Positions 39,467 to 48,662 of a stretch of 64,000 bases of DNA are shown piece after piece; the stretch's first letter is position 1, and each line of letters opens with the position of its first letter. Position numbers and translations under genes: made by a program. The notes below the pieces were generated by a model that ran no database searches, was not told the origin of the DNA, and saw only the letters and a program-made list of their open reading frames with translations. The DNA comes from Candidatus Avidesulfovibrio excrementigallinarum (GTDB lineage: Bacteria; Desulfobacterota; Desulfovibrionia; Desulfovibrionales; Desulfovibrionaceae): positions 971-64,970 of the forward strand of contig DVMI01000071.1 in NCBI GenBank assembly GCA_018715085.1, in the 5' to 3' direction.

Positions 39467-40891
39467 ATGGCGTTTATTTCTTCAGGTTATGATCCCAGCA
39501 AGCCGATGGAAGGTCGTATTTCCGACATCGGTCCCCGCAAATATGACGAGTTCTTCCCGCCCGTCATTGCCAAGAACTTTGGCAAATGGCTGTATCACGA
39601 AATTCTTGCCCCCGGCGTTCTGGTTCATGTGGCTGAATCCGGCGACAAGATTTACACCGTGCGTTGCGGCGCTTCCCGTCTGATGTCCACCACGCATATC
39701 CGCGAAATCTGTGACATCGCCGACAAGTACTGCGACGGCCATTTCCGTTTCACCACGCGTAACAACGTGGAATTCCTCGTCTCCGACGAAGCCAAGCTGG
39801 AACCCCTGCGCGCTGATCTTGCCAGCCGCAAGTTCGCTGGCGGCTCTTACGCCTTCCCCGTGGGCGGCACCGGTGCCGGTATCTCCAACATCGTGCATAC
39901 CCAGGGCTGGGTGCACTGCCACACCCCCGCCACCGACGCCTCCGGCCCGGTTAAGGCCATCATGGACACCGTCTTTGACGACTTCCAGTCCATGCGTCTG
40001 CCCGCGCCTCTGCGTATTTCGCTGGCCTGCTGTCTGAACATGTGCGGCGCTGTGCACTGCTCCGACATCGGTATCGTGGGCATTCACCGCAAGCCCCCGA
40101 TGATCGACAACGAATGGGTTGACCAGCTTTGCGAAATCCCGCTGGCCGTCGCCGCCTGCCCCACCGCCGCCGTGCGTCCTGTCAAGGTCGAACACGACGG
40201 CCAGAAGGTCAACTCGGTGGCCATTAAGAACGATCGCTGCATGTACTGCGGTAACTGCTACACCATGTGCCCGGCCCTGCCCATTTCCGATGGCCAGGGT
40301 GACGGCTGCGTGATCATGGTTGGCGGCAAGGTTTCCAACCGCATTTCCATGCCCAAGTTCTCCAAGGTGGTTGTGGCCTACATCCCCAACGAACCGCCCC
40401 GCTGGAAGACCCTGACCGACACGGTCAAGCACATCATCGAAGTCTACGCCGAGAACGCCAACAAGTACGAACGCCTGGGCGACTGGGCCGAACGTATCGG
40501 CTGGGAAAAGTTCTTTGAACTGACCGGCCTTGAGTTCTCGCACCACCTGATCGACGACTTCCGTGATCCGGCTTACTACACCTGGCGTCAGAGCACCCAG
40601 TTCAAGTTCACCGATGTGGACGCCTATATCGGCCACGCCGGCGATCATGAAGCGGGTTCCGTTGCTACCGTGACCGACGAAGATCGCGAAACCGTCGTGA
40701 ACTTCCTGAAGTCCAAGGCTGGCAGCAAGTCGAAGTTCTATTTCAACAACTTCGTCGAACTGTTCCCGAACAAGTCCGCCCGCGAAGTGAAGCACATCCT
40801 GTCCGTCCTCGTGAGCGAAGAAGTGATGGAATACTGGTCCTCCGGCTCCACGACCATGTATGGTCTGAAGGGTGCCGGCAAGCAGGGCTAG
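39467..40891 (+). CDS. dsrB: Dissimilatory sulfite reductase beta subunit fused in frame to DsrD (DsrB-linker-DsrD, 474 aa)
   Basis: Residues 1-381 are canonical DsrB ([10 protein letters not shown]...VHCHTPATD...[11 protein letters not shown]...[12 protein letters not shown]...[11 protein letters not shown]). The frame then continues without a stop through a roughly 22-aa linker into a DsrD-like sequence. Confidence 0.95.
   Translation: MAFISSGYDPSKPMEGRISDIGPRKYDEFFPPVIAKNFGKWLYHEILAPGVLVHVAESGDKIYTVRCGASRLMSTTHIREICDIADKYCDGHFRFTTRNNVEFLVSDEAKLEPLRADLASRKFAGGSYAFPVGGTGAGISNIVHTQGWVHCHTPATDASGPVKAIMDTVFDDFQSMRLPAPLRISLACCLNMCGAVHCSDIGIVGIHRKPPMIDNEWVDQLCEIPLAVAACPTAAVRPVKVEHDGQKVNSVAIKNDRCMYCGNCYTMCPALPISDGQGDGCVIMVGGKVSNRISMPKFSKVVVAYIPNEPPRWKTLTDTVKHIIEVYAENANKYERLGDWAERIGWEKFFELTGLEFSHHLIDDFRDPAYYTWRQSTQFKFTDVDAYIGHAGDHEAGSVATVTDEDRETVVNFLKSKAGSKSKFYFNNFVELFPNKSAREVKHILSVLVSEEVMEYWSSGSTTMYGLKGAGKQG
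40676..40888 (+). other. dsrD: DsrD-like domain at the C-terminus of the DsrB fusion
   Basis: [71 protein letters not shown] carries the conserved DsrD motifs KSKFYFN and [14 protein letters not shown] (from my memory of the family). Confidence 0.85.
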
Positions 40892-40935
40892 TCCTGATTG
40901 TCCCGCCACCGGAGTTTCCGGTGGCGGCCTATAGC

Positions 40936-40966
40936 AAAGGCCGGGGACTTGTCCCCGGCCTTTTTG
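40936..40966 (+). terminator. Rho-independent terminator after dsrB/D (preceded by a second hairpin at 40903-40928)
   Basis: aaaggccgggga-cttg-tccccggccttt followed by tt. Confidence 0.8.
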
Positions 40967-41341
40967 TATGCAGAGTCCGGAAAAGCGGCTTCAATGGCCG
41001 CCAAAGCCTTCATGGCCCGCGGGGCTGTTTGCCCGCCGCCCGTGCTGCCATGGCAACCGCTGCCAAAGGCGGTTTTGAGCGCTTGCGTGTGCGTCGCAGG
41101 CGCGTGCCCCGAAGGGTGAAGAAGCGTTCTGCCCGCGCATGCCCGCGCTGTTGCGTGTTGCACAGCGGGCGGAGCCCTGCGCCTTGCAGAGTCCGCGCCT
41201 TTTGGTGCAGCCGTCTGCCCTTCAGCAAATCGTCATGCAGGCGGCGCGTCCGGGCCGGCAGCGCTTTCCTGTTTTTGGGCCTGCGGTGGACTTGTTGCGC
41301 GCGGCCCGCGGCGTGGCTGTGCCGGACGGCCGTCTGCGGCG

Positions 41342-42178
41342 TCAGCACAGGGTGCTGGTCAGTGTGCCTATGCCGTCAATGCTCACGTCCACCACGTCGC
41401 CCGGCTTCAGCCAGGTCCGTTCGGCTTTCGGCCGCTCGCAGGCCACGCCGCTGGGTGTTCCTGTAAAAATCAGATCGCCCGGATCAAGCTTCACATAGCG
41501 GGATGCGTAACTGATGATCTGCGCACAGCTGAAAATCATGTCCGTCGTATCGCCATCCTGGCGCAGTTCGCCGTTCACAGTGCAGCGTACTGCGTGGCTG
41601 ACGCCAGGGTCAAAGGCGTCAGCCGTAACAATGCAGGGCCCGCAGGGAGCAAAGCCGGGCATGGTTTTGCCAAGCATCCACTGGCTGCTGCGAACCTGCG
41701 CGGCCCGGCAGCTCAAGTCGTTGCCGCAGGTGTAGCCAAAAACGTGATCCAGCGCGTTGTCGACGCTGACGTCCCAGGTTTCCCGGCCGATGACCACGAC
41801 CAGCTCGGCTTCATAGTCGTAGCTCCGTTCCCAGCGCGGCAGTTCGATGGAAGCGCCCGACGGCGCAAGTGCGTTGGCAAATTTTGCAAACAATACCGGC
41901 CTGTCCGGGATTTCCATCCTGACCTTGTCGGCGTGCGTCGTGTAATTCAGGCCTACGCAGAGGATTTTGCAGGGATGGCTGATCAGATTGGCCATCCGGG
42001 GGGAGGCAACCATTTCTTGCCCTGTGGCCTGCCATTGCGCCAGCTCCTGCCTGCCCTGCCCTTGCAGCACCTGTTCCATGGTATAGGGAAAGCCTGCGGC
42101 TGTCAGATCGACAACGCCCGGGGCGTCATACAGGGCCAGGTGGACAGCGTCGCCGACCAGGATGTTACAGAGCTTCAT
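41342..42178 (-). CDS. Fumarylacetoacetate hydrolase (FAH) family protein
   Basis: ...KILCVGLNYTTHA...PVLFAKF...DYEAELVVVIG...GYTCGNDLS...GKTMPGFAPCGP...IFTGTPSGV. ATG 42178 has AGGAGG upstream. Confidence 0.9.
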   Translation of the reverse strand: MKLCNILVGDAVHLALYDAPGVVDLTAAGFPYTMEQVLQGQGRQELAQWQATGQEMVASPRMANLISHPCKILCVGLNYTTHADKVRMEIPDRPVLFAKFANALAPSGASIELPRWERSYDYEAELVVVIGRETWDVSVDNALDHVFGYTCGNDLSCRAAQVRSSQWMLGKTMPGFAPCGPCIVTADAFDPGVSHAVRCTVNGELRQDGDTTDMIFSCAQIISYASRYVKLDPGDLIFTGTPSGVACERPKAERTWLKPGDVVDVSIDGIGTLTSTLC

Positions 42179-42849
42179 TGCGCCTCCTTTGTGAATGGGG
42201 TGAGAACGTTGCATGCCTGCAACGCCTCCGCCGCAGGAACGTGGCGTTTGTATTGCCGTCTGGCCGGAGAAGGCGAGCGCGGCGTGGCAGGCTTCTTACA
42301 GGACAGATCTGCCGCAAACGCGCTGTTCACGCATACCGGCAGCGGGTGACGGGCTCCTTACGTCCGGCCGCAGGAAAGCTGTCTAGATTGCTGTCCGGCC
42401 GCCAAAGAAAGGCGTGCGGCGCACGTTCTGCTTTAAGCCGCGTGCGCTGGTGCAGGTGGGCACGGCATTCCAAAGGGCAGCCTGCCCTTTTGGGGCGGCA
42501 CGGACGCCTTTTCCGGAATATCGCCACTGGGGGCAAGGGGCCTCAGACAACATGCGCGCCCGTTCCGGTTCCGGGGAGGTTGCCGCTGAGACGGCACGGC
42601 CGTTGAGGCAAGGGAGCTCCGGGCTGGCGTGGGTCATGGTGCGGACAGAACAGGCGGCGCCGCGCTGTGGGGGCCGGCAGGCGCAGGCAGCCTTGCCGGG
42701 CAGAAATGACACGCCGTCAGACAGCGCGGCATACAAGACCGTGACGGACCGGCCGGCAGAGAAGCAGCGGGGGAGCAACGGGGAAAAGGGACAGGAGAAC
42801 ACCGCGCCGCAGGCTGCCGGGTACGTCCCAAGCCTGTGCCCGGCGCGTG

Positions 42850-43269
42850 TCAGCAGTTGGCCGCGCGAAGCGTATCCTCCACAACAGCGAGATCGATCGT
42901 GGGAGAAACGTTTTTGTCCAGACCTGCGAGAGCCTGGACGGCAAACAGCAGCAAAGGCAGTTCGATCGTCATTTCCTGACGGCCATCGTGGATGGTACAC
43001 ACATCGCCATGGACTGAAATGCGGTAGGCGCGCCGGCTGCGCTGGCCGCCCCGGGCAGTAGTCAGGGCGTACACCTGTTCGTTGGCGGAAGTGACGTACA
43101 ACGTCTGACGGGTCAGGGTAGAGGTTTCTTCGTCATACCAGGAGCCCCCGGCAAACTGCCTGCCGGTAAACTGCATCGTCGCGCCGTTATCAAGCCGGAG
43201 CGTAACGCGTTCCATGGATGGATCGCCCTGCAACGCCTGTGTGGCGCCATAAACCGAATCGTCGGCCAT
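42850..43269 (-). CDS. Hypothetical protein (139 aa), no family recognised
   Basis: ATG 43269 has GGAGGAGG 7 nt upstream and GC3-rich codon usage. Sequence begins MADDSVYGATQALQGDPSMERVTLRLDNGATMQFTGRQFAGGSWYDEE... Confidence 0.6.
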   Translation of the reverse strand: MADDSVYGATQALQGDPSMERVTLRLDNGATMQFTGRQFAGGSWYDEETSTLTRQTLYVTSANEQVYALTTARGGQRSRRAYRISVHGDVCTIHDGRQEMTIELPLLLFAVQALAGLDKNVSPTIDLAVVEDTLRAANC

Positions 43270-43369
43270 CCTGTTACCTCCTCCCCAAAACGTCTGTGCA
43301 GGCCAATGTAAAGACGATAGCATTGGCATCCTGGCGTGTCAACGAAACTGCGCCAGCCGTCAGATAGGG

Positions 43370-43385
43370 CGCATTTTTGCTGCCG
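43370..43385 (-). promoter_or_regulatory. Candidate sigma-54 (-24/-12) promoter upstream of the 139-aa hypothetical gene
   Basis: Minus strand CGGCAGCAAAAATGCG against consensus TGGCACG-N4-TTGCW. GG-N10-GC spacing is correct and GGCA and TGC are conserved, with five mismatches. It lies about 100 nt upstream of ATG 43269. Confidence 0.3.
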
Positions 43386-43571
43386 GACGGTGCAGGAGCG
43401 CAAAGTACAGGGCTCAAAAAAGCCCAGCCTGGCTGCGTGAGCGCCCTGGAGAGAAATACAGTCTATCTGGGCAGCCTTCCGGCGTGGATACAGGAAAAAG
43501 ACAGTGACCGGCGTGTGTGCGGACTGCGGGGCCTGCCTTCAGCGCTGCCCGCAGTGCTTAGAGTGCATGTA

Positions 43572-43593
43572 GCGCCTGCCATATGTCAGGCGC
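43572..43593. promoter_or_regulatory. 22-bp near-perfect palindrome, candidate enhancer/UAS
   Basis: GCGCCTGcCATATGtCAGGCGC lies about 190 bp upstream (minus-strand sense) of the candidate -24/-12 element. Confidence 0.3.
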
Positions 43594-44002
43594 GCTGCAG
43601 ACGCGTTTTCGGGCGGCGTGGCGCGGTGTGTTCAACGTAATGTTTTGGAGGCAGCCGGCTGCTGGCAGCACGTTATTGAAGGCAGCAGAGAGCCTGCGTC
43701 CGGCGGCATTGCAAAGAAGAGGCTGCCCCGCATGGGCGGAACACACGGCGCTTTCCCGTGTCCGGAGGGGCTTTGTTCCGGCAGTGTGCGATCGGGGGGA
43801 CGGTTTGTTCTGTGGAAAGAGCACAGAGCCTCTTATCATCATCCTGCCGGGTTGTCCTGGCGTGCAGGCTGTCTGCAACAGTTGTGGCTGAAGCCGGTTT
43901 GCCGGACGGGTGCAAGGCGCCGCCCGGAAAGACTCTGCTGCGCGTTGAGGTGGGCGTCCGGGGAGGCTTTGCCTCTGTGCCGCCCGGCGGCGGTTGTCCG
44001 TG

Positions 44003-45373
44003 CTATTCGGTACGCAGGCCCAGGCCTTTCAGTTTGCGGTGCAGGTAGCTTCTCTCCAGGCCCACGCTTTCTGCAAGACGGGTCACGTTGCCGCCGCATT
44101 CACGCAGCCGGGCCGTCAGGTAGCGGGCTTCAAACGCGGCGCGGGCCGACTTGAAATCAAGGCTGAGCAAATCGTCATCGGCTCCTTCTTCATCCGGGAC
44201 GGCCGGACAGCATGCGGCCATTTCCGGCGGGAGATCGGCCAGCGTAATGGTCTTGCCCGAGTACAAGATGGCCATACGTTCGGCAAAATTGCGCAGTTCG
44301 CGCACGTTGCCGGGCCAGCTGTAAGCTTCCAGCGCACGCAGGGCTTCTTCTGAAAAAGCCGGTGCGCAAAAGCCGTGTGTGCGCTCCTGCCGCCTGAGGA
44401 AGGTCATGAGCAGCGGGCGCACGTCGCCGGTGCGTTCCCGCAGGGGCGGCAGATGCAGCGGCACCACGCGCAGGCGATAGTAGAGGTCTTCACGAAAGGT
44501 GCCGGCGGCGATGGCTTCTTCCAGGTTTTTGTTGGTTGCGGCGATCACGCGCACGTCAACCCGGATGGTGCGGGTCCCGCCCACGCGCTCAAAACACTGC
44601 TCCTGCAGGATACGCAGGATTTTGGCCTGGGTGCGCAGGCTCATGTCCCCGATTTCGTCAAGAAACAGGGTGCCTTTGTTGGCCATTTCAAAACGGCCGA
44701 TCCGCGCGCCTTCGGCGCTGGTGAACGCGCCCTTCTCGTGGCCGAACAGTTCGCTTTCGATCAGTTCGTCGGGGATGGCCGCGCAGTTGACAGCCACAAG
44801 AGGCCCGGAAGCCCGCCGGCTGCCGGCATACAGAGCGCGGGCGGCCAGTTCCTTGCCTGTTCCGTTTTCGCCGGTCAGCAGTACCCAGGCGTCTGTAGGC
44901 GCCACGCGGTGGAGCATTTCCAGAAATTTTTTCATGACAGGCGACTGCCCGATGAGCTGATCCTGTTCGGGCTGCGAGGTCTTCAGCAAGGCGTTTTCAC
45001 GGCGCAGGGAGCCCGTTTCGATGGCCCGCGCGGCGATGATGACCACTTTGTCGAGGGAGAGCGGCTTTTCGATGAAATCGTATGCGCCTTGCCTGATGGC
45101 GGTGACTGCTGTTTCAATGGAGCCGTGGCCTGAAATGATGATCACCGGCAGTTCGGGGTGCGCCGCATGCAGCGTCTCCTGTGCGGCCAGCCCGTCCATG
45201 CCGGGCAGCCAGACATCCAGAAAGACGAGATCCGGCGCGGCACTGTCCACAAGCGTCAGCCCTTCTTCGGCGGATCCAGCCTCCAGCACCTCGTAGCCTT
45301 CATCTTCCAGAATGCCGCGCAACGAGAAGCGGATGGCCTCTTCGTCATCAATAATCAGCACTTTCGCCGCCAT
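44003..45373 (-). CDS. Sigma-54-dependent two-component response regulator (NtrC family: REC-AAA+-HTH)
   Basis: REC domain (VLIIDDEEAIR...DLVFLDVWLPGMDG), Walker A GENGTGKE, sigma-54 contact loop ESELFGHEKGAFTSA, and C-terminal Fis-type HTH. Start is ATG 45373 or GTG 45382. Confidence 0.92.
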   Translation of the reverse strand: MAAKVLIIDDEEAIRFSLRGILEDEGYEVLEAGSAEEGLTLVDSAAPDLVFLDVWLPGMDGLAAQETLHAAHPELPVIIISGHGSIETAVTAIRQGAYDFIEKPLSLDKVVIIAARAIETGSLRRENALLKTSQPEQDQLIGQSPVMKKFLEMLHRVAPTDAWVLLTGENGTGKELAARALYAGSRRASGPLVAVNCAAIPDELIESELFGHEKGAFTSAEGARIGRFEMANKGTLFLDEIGDMSLRTQAKILRILQEQCFERVGGTRTIRVDVRVIAATNKNLEEAIAAGTFREDLYYRLRVVPLHLPPLRERTGDVRPLLMTFLRRQERTHGFCAPAFSEEALRALEAYSWPGNVRELRNFAERMAILYSGKTITLADLPPEMAACCPAVPDEEGADDDLLSLDFKSARAAFEARYLTARLRECGGNVTRLAESVGLERSYLHRKLKGLGLRTE

Positions 45374-45546
45374 GGCCAGCACTCCTGCCGCATTGTTGAT
45401 TGATTGACGGGGTCTGGCCGCGCCTGGAGGCTCCGCCGGGTTCCCGCAGGAAAACGCTCTTGCCGTCAGGAGGATCGCAATCCCTTCGGCGCGCGCCAGG
45501 GCCGCGACCGCGTCGCAAACCTTGCGCCGCCCCGATGCTCTCCGCG

Positions 45547-45885
45547 TCAGTGTCCGGAATATTCGAGAACCTGGTTGAGATCGCGCTGTCCCCGGGTAAG
45601 CCGGCCGGCGTCAAACGTGTAGCGGGTCAGTGTCCAGTCCTCGACATTGATGATGTCCAGCTTGCCGGTCGAACGCGGCGTCAGAAACGGTCTGATTGCG
45701 GTGATGGCGTCGTCTTCGGGAAAAAAAACGCCTTCAAAGCCAAGCCGCAGCAGGGCGCCGTCCGAACCGGCAAGCTCCAGCTCGGCGGCAAGCCCCCAGG
45801 CACTGAAAACCTCTTCCAACGCCCGCAAAGCGCGCTCGTCGGCAGGATGCAGGTTGCCATAAGCCTTGAAGGGTTCCTGACGCAT
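45547..45885 (-). CDS. Hypothetical protein (112 aa), no family recognised
   Basis: ATG 45885 has GAGGA upstream, codon usage is typical, and a good promoter lies upstream. Sequence begins MRQEPFKAYGNLHPADERALRALEEVFSAWGLAAELELAGSDGALLRLGFEGVFFPEDD... Confidence 0.6.
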   Translation of the reverse strand: MRQEPFKAYGNLHPADERALRALEEVFSAWGLAAELELAGSDGALLRLGFEGVFFPEDDAITAIRPFLTPRSTGKLDIINVEDWTLTRYTFDAGRLTRGQRDLNQVLEYSGH

Positions 45886-45923
45886 CGTGTCCTCGTGGTT
45901 TGTAATTTCAACCGCAGTTCTTT

Positions 45924-45952
45924 AGTATATCCGCCTTTTTTCCTCTTGCCAA
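45924..45952 (-). promoter_or_regulatory. Sigma-70-type promoter (TTGGCA-17-TATACT) for the 112-aa ORF / response-regulator unit
   Basis: Minus strand reads cTTGGCAagaggaaaaaaggcggaTATACTaaag, about 40 nt upstream of ATG 45885. Confidence 0.5.
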
Positions 45953-46047
45953 GCGGCGGCATTGACTGGCAAAAGAAGACATGCCGGGGCCGGTGCGCCT
46001 GCACGGTACCGGACAAAGGCAGAAGTGAATTCTGGGGGAACCGTCGT

Positions 46048-46611
46048 ATGAAAACCGTCGTCATCAGTGTCATCGGGCTGGACTGCCCCGGCGTGGTGCA
46101 TCTGGTTTCGGATGTTCTGTCCACCTTCAAGGTCAATATCGAGGCCGTAACCCAAACAATCCTGCAAGGGCAGTTTGCCGCCATCTTTGTAGTTGCCCTG
46201 CCCGAAGGCCTTGATCGGCATACCGTCCAGGATCAGCTGGCCAGGCGCGTTGCCGAGCGTGGCATGCATCTTACGGTCAACGTACATCCTTTTGAACAGG
46301 GCAGCGCGTTCACGCCGCCGGCAAGCGAACCTTTTGTCGTCACGGTCACCGGCCCTGACCGGCTGGATATCATTTCGTCCATTTCGCGCATTTTTGCCGA
46401 TCATGACGTCAATATCGAAAATCTGAAGGCCATCCTGCCGGAAATGGGGGGCGACTCCTGCCTGCTGGTTTTTGAAGTGGCCCTGCCGGTCAGTGTGGAT
46501 CGCAGCGCCTTCAGGCGCACGCTGCTTGCCAAGGCCGAAGAGCTGGGCTTGCAGCTGAGCATCCAGCATCGGAATATTTTTGAGGCGCTGCACAGGGTTT
46601 CGCCCCTTTAA
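46048..46611 (+). CDS. Tandem ACT-domain protein (GcvR/UPF0237-like)
   Basis: Two ACT repeats: MKTVVISVIGLDCPGVVHLVSDVLSTFKVNIE... and FVVTVTGPDRLDIISSISRIFADHDVNIENL... Confidence 0.85.
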   Translation: MKTVVISVIGLDCPGVVHLVSDVLSTFKVNIEAVTQTILQGQFAAIFVVALPEGLDRHTVQDQLARRVAERGMHLTVNVHPFEQGSAFTPPASEPFVVTVTGPDRLDIISSISRIFADHDVNIENLKAILPEMGGDSCLLVFEVALPVSVDRSAFRRTLLAKAEELGLQLSIQHRNIFEALHRVSPL

Positions 46612-46880
46612 ACGCGGTGTTGCCCCGAAGCCGTCCGGCCTCCGGCGCAGATTGCCGGTTATGAAACGTCAACGCTGAAAAGCCCCGGCTTGTGCCGTGT
46701 GCAGAATGCGGCCATCTCCTGCGGGCACGCGGCCTGGCGGACCGGCACTGTTTGTGAAGCTGCCGCCCTCTGCGCACCGGAAGGGGCTGTTTCAGGCAGG
46801 ACGCCTTGCGCCGGCTTCGTGGCCTTTTGCTGCTCCCGGCAACGCGCAACAAGTCCGTCTTACAGAGCAAGGATAGTGTC

Positions 46881-48251
46881 ATGCTTACAGAAAATGAGGT
46901 TCTCAGCACGCTGAACATGCTCCGTAACGAGCACCTCGACGTGCGTACCGTGACGCTGGGCATCAGTCTGTTTGACTGTGCCAGCCACGATTTTGACATG
47001 TTTGCCTACAAGGTGCGCGCCAAAATCAACAAATACGCCTCTACCCTGGTGCGTGTATGTAACGAGGTCGGCGAGCGCTATGGCATTCCTGTGGTCAACA
47101 AGCGCATCAGCGTCAGCCCCATTGGGGTGGTTGGCGCGTCCTTCTCGCGCGCGCAGATGGTTCGCGCCTGCCGGGTACTGGACGAGTCGGCCAAAGAGGC
47201 CGGCGTCGATTTTTTGGGCGGCTTTGGCTGTCTGGTGGAAAAGGGCATGACGCCCGGCGAACGGGCGCTGATCGATTCGCTGCCTGAAGCGCTGGCCGTG
47301 ACCGACCGGATCTGCTCGTCCATCAACGTGGCTTCCTCGCGCTGCGGCATCAATATGGACGCCGTGGCCCTCATGGGGCAGACCATTCTGGATGTGGCCG
47401 CAGCCACGGCAGATCGCGACGGCCTTGGCTGTGCCAAGCTGGTTGTCTTTGCCAACATCCCGTCGGACGTGCCGTTTATGGCAGGCGCGTACCTGGGCGT
47501 GGGCGAACCGGACGTCGTGATCAACGTGGGCGTGTCCGGCCCCGGGGTGGTCAAAAAGGCCATTGACCGCGCCGTCAGCCGCAATCCGCATCTGACGCTG
47601 GGGCAGGCTGCGGAAGTCATCAAACATACGGCCTACAAAGTGACGCGCGTGGGCGAAATCATTGGCGGCGAAGTTGCCCGTCAGCTCAACGTGCCCTTTG
47701 GCGTGGCCGACCTGTCCCTTGCGCCGACGCCTGCGGTCGGCGACTCGGTGGGGGAAATTTTCCAGAGCCTGGGGCTGTCCTCCATTGGCGCGCCCGGCTC
47801 TACAGCCGTGCTGGCCATGCTCAACGACGCCGTGAAAAAAGGCGGCTCGTTCGCCTCGTCTCATGTGGGCGGGCTGTCCGGCGCGTTTATTCCGGTTTCG
47901 GAAGATTCCAGCATCGAAGCGGCAACCCGTTCCGGCGCGCTCAGTATTGAAAAGCTCGAGGCGCTGACCAGCGTCTGTTCTGTGGGGCTCGACATGATCG
48001 CGATCCCCGGCGACACCCCGGCCGCCACCATCGCCGGCATCATTGCCGATGAAATGGCCATCGGCATGATCAACTCCAAAACCACCGCCGTCCGCGTCAT
48101 TCCCGTGCCGGGCAAGAGCGTTGGCGAAAAGGCCAGTTTTGGCGGACTGCTTGGCGAGGCGTACATTATCCCCGTGCCGGGCGGCGACGCTTCCGGCTTT
48201 ATTGCCCACGGCGGCCGCATCCCCGCTCCGATTCACAGTCTTAAAAATTAG
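46881..48251 (+). CDS. UPF0210 / DUF711 (PFL4705-family) protein
   Basis: MLTENEVLSTLNMLRNEHLDVRTVTLGISL...VVNKRISVSP...GGLSGAFIPVSED... matches the conserved UPF0210 family that normally pairs with an ACT protein. Confidence 0.88.
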   Translation: MLTENEVLSTLNMLRNEHLDVRTVTLGISLFDCASHDFDMFAYKVRAKINKYASTLVRVCNEVGERYGIPVVNKRISVSPIGVVGASFSRAQMVRACRVLDESAKEAGVDFLGGFGCLVEKGMTPGERALIDSLPEALAVTDRICSSINVASSRCGINMDAVALMGQTILDVAAATADRDGLGCAKLVVFANIPSDVPFMAGAYLGVGEPDVVINVGVSGPGVVKKAIDRAVSRNPHLTLGQAAEVIKHTAYKVTRVGEIIGGEVARQLNVPFGVADLSLAPTPAVGDSVGEIFQSLGLSSIGAPGSTAVLAMLNDAVKKGGSFASSHVGGLSGAFIPVSEDSSIEAATRSGALSIEKLEALTSVCSVGLDMIAIPGDTPAATIAGIIADEMAIGMINSKTTAVRVIPVPGKSVGEKASFGGLLGEAYIIPVPGGDASGFIAHGGRIPAPIHSLKN

Positions 48252-48277
48252 GCATGGCAGACCCGCCCCGAGAAAAA

Positions 48278-48307
48278 AGACGCCCCTGAAAAAGGGGCGT
48301 TTCTTTC
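48278..48307 (+). terminator. Rho-independent terminator after the UPF0210 gene
   Basis: acgcccct-gaaaa-aggggcgt followed by ttcttt. Confidence 0.8.
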
Positions 48308-48662
48308 CGGGGTTTTTTATTTTTCAGCTGAAGAGGGACAGGCTGTTTCTGCCGTATGTCGCAGACATGGCAAGCTGACGCCGTTTGGGACGGGTTGAGC
48401 CTGGCATTGCAAGCGCGCCAGTTCGTGTGACGGGACAGAATCGGTGCGCCTGCCGCAAAACGGCCGCGTTTTGCCGGAAGCATGACGGTTTTTGCACGGG
48501 CCTGCCGGCAAGCAGCATTCCGGGGGCTTCCGTGTGCCGCGCCGCGCACGGGCAGCACGCGTCAAAACGCGCCTCGTTACGCGTTCCCTGCCCCGAAATG
48601 CCGGTTTCGGGGATGACGTCAGCCTGACGGCAGAAAAGGGCCTGTGCGGGCGCAGCGGGCGT

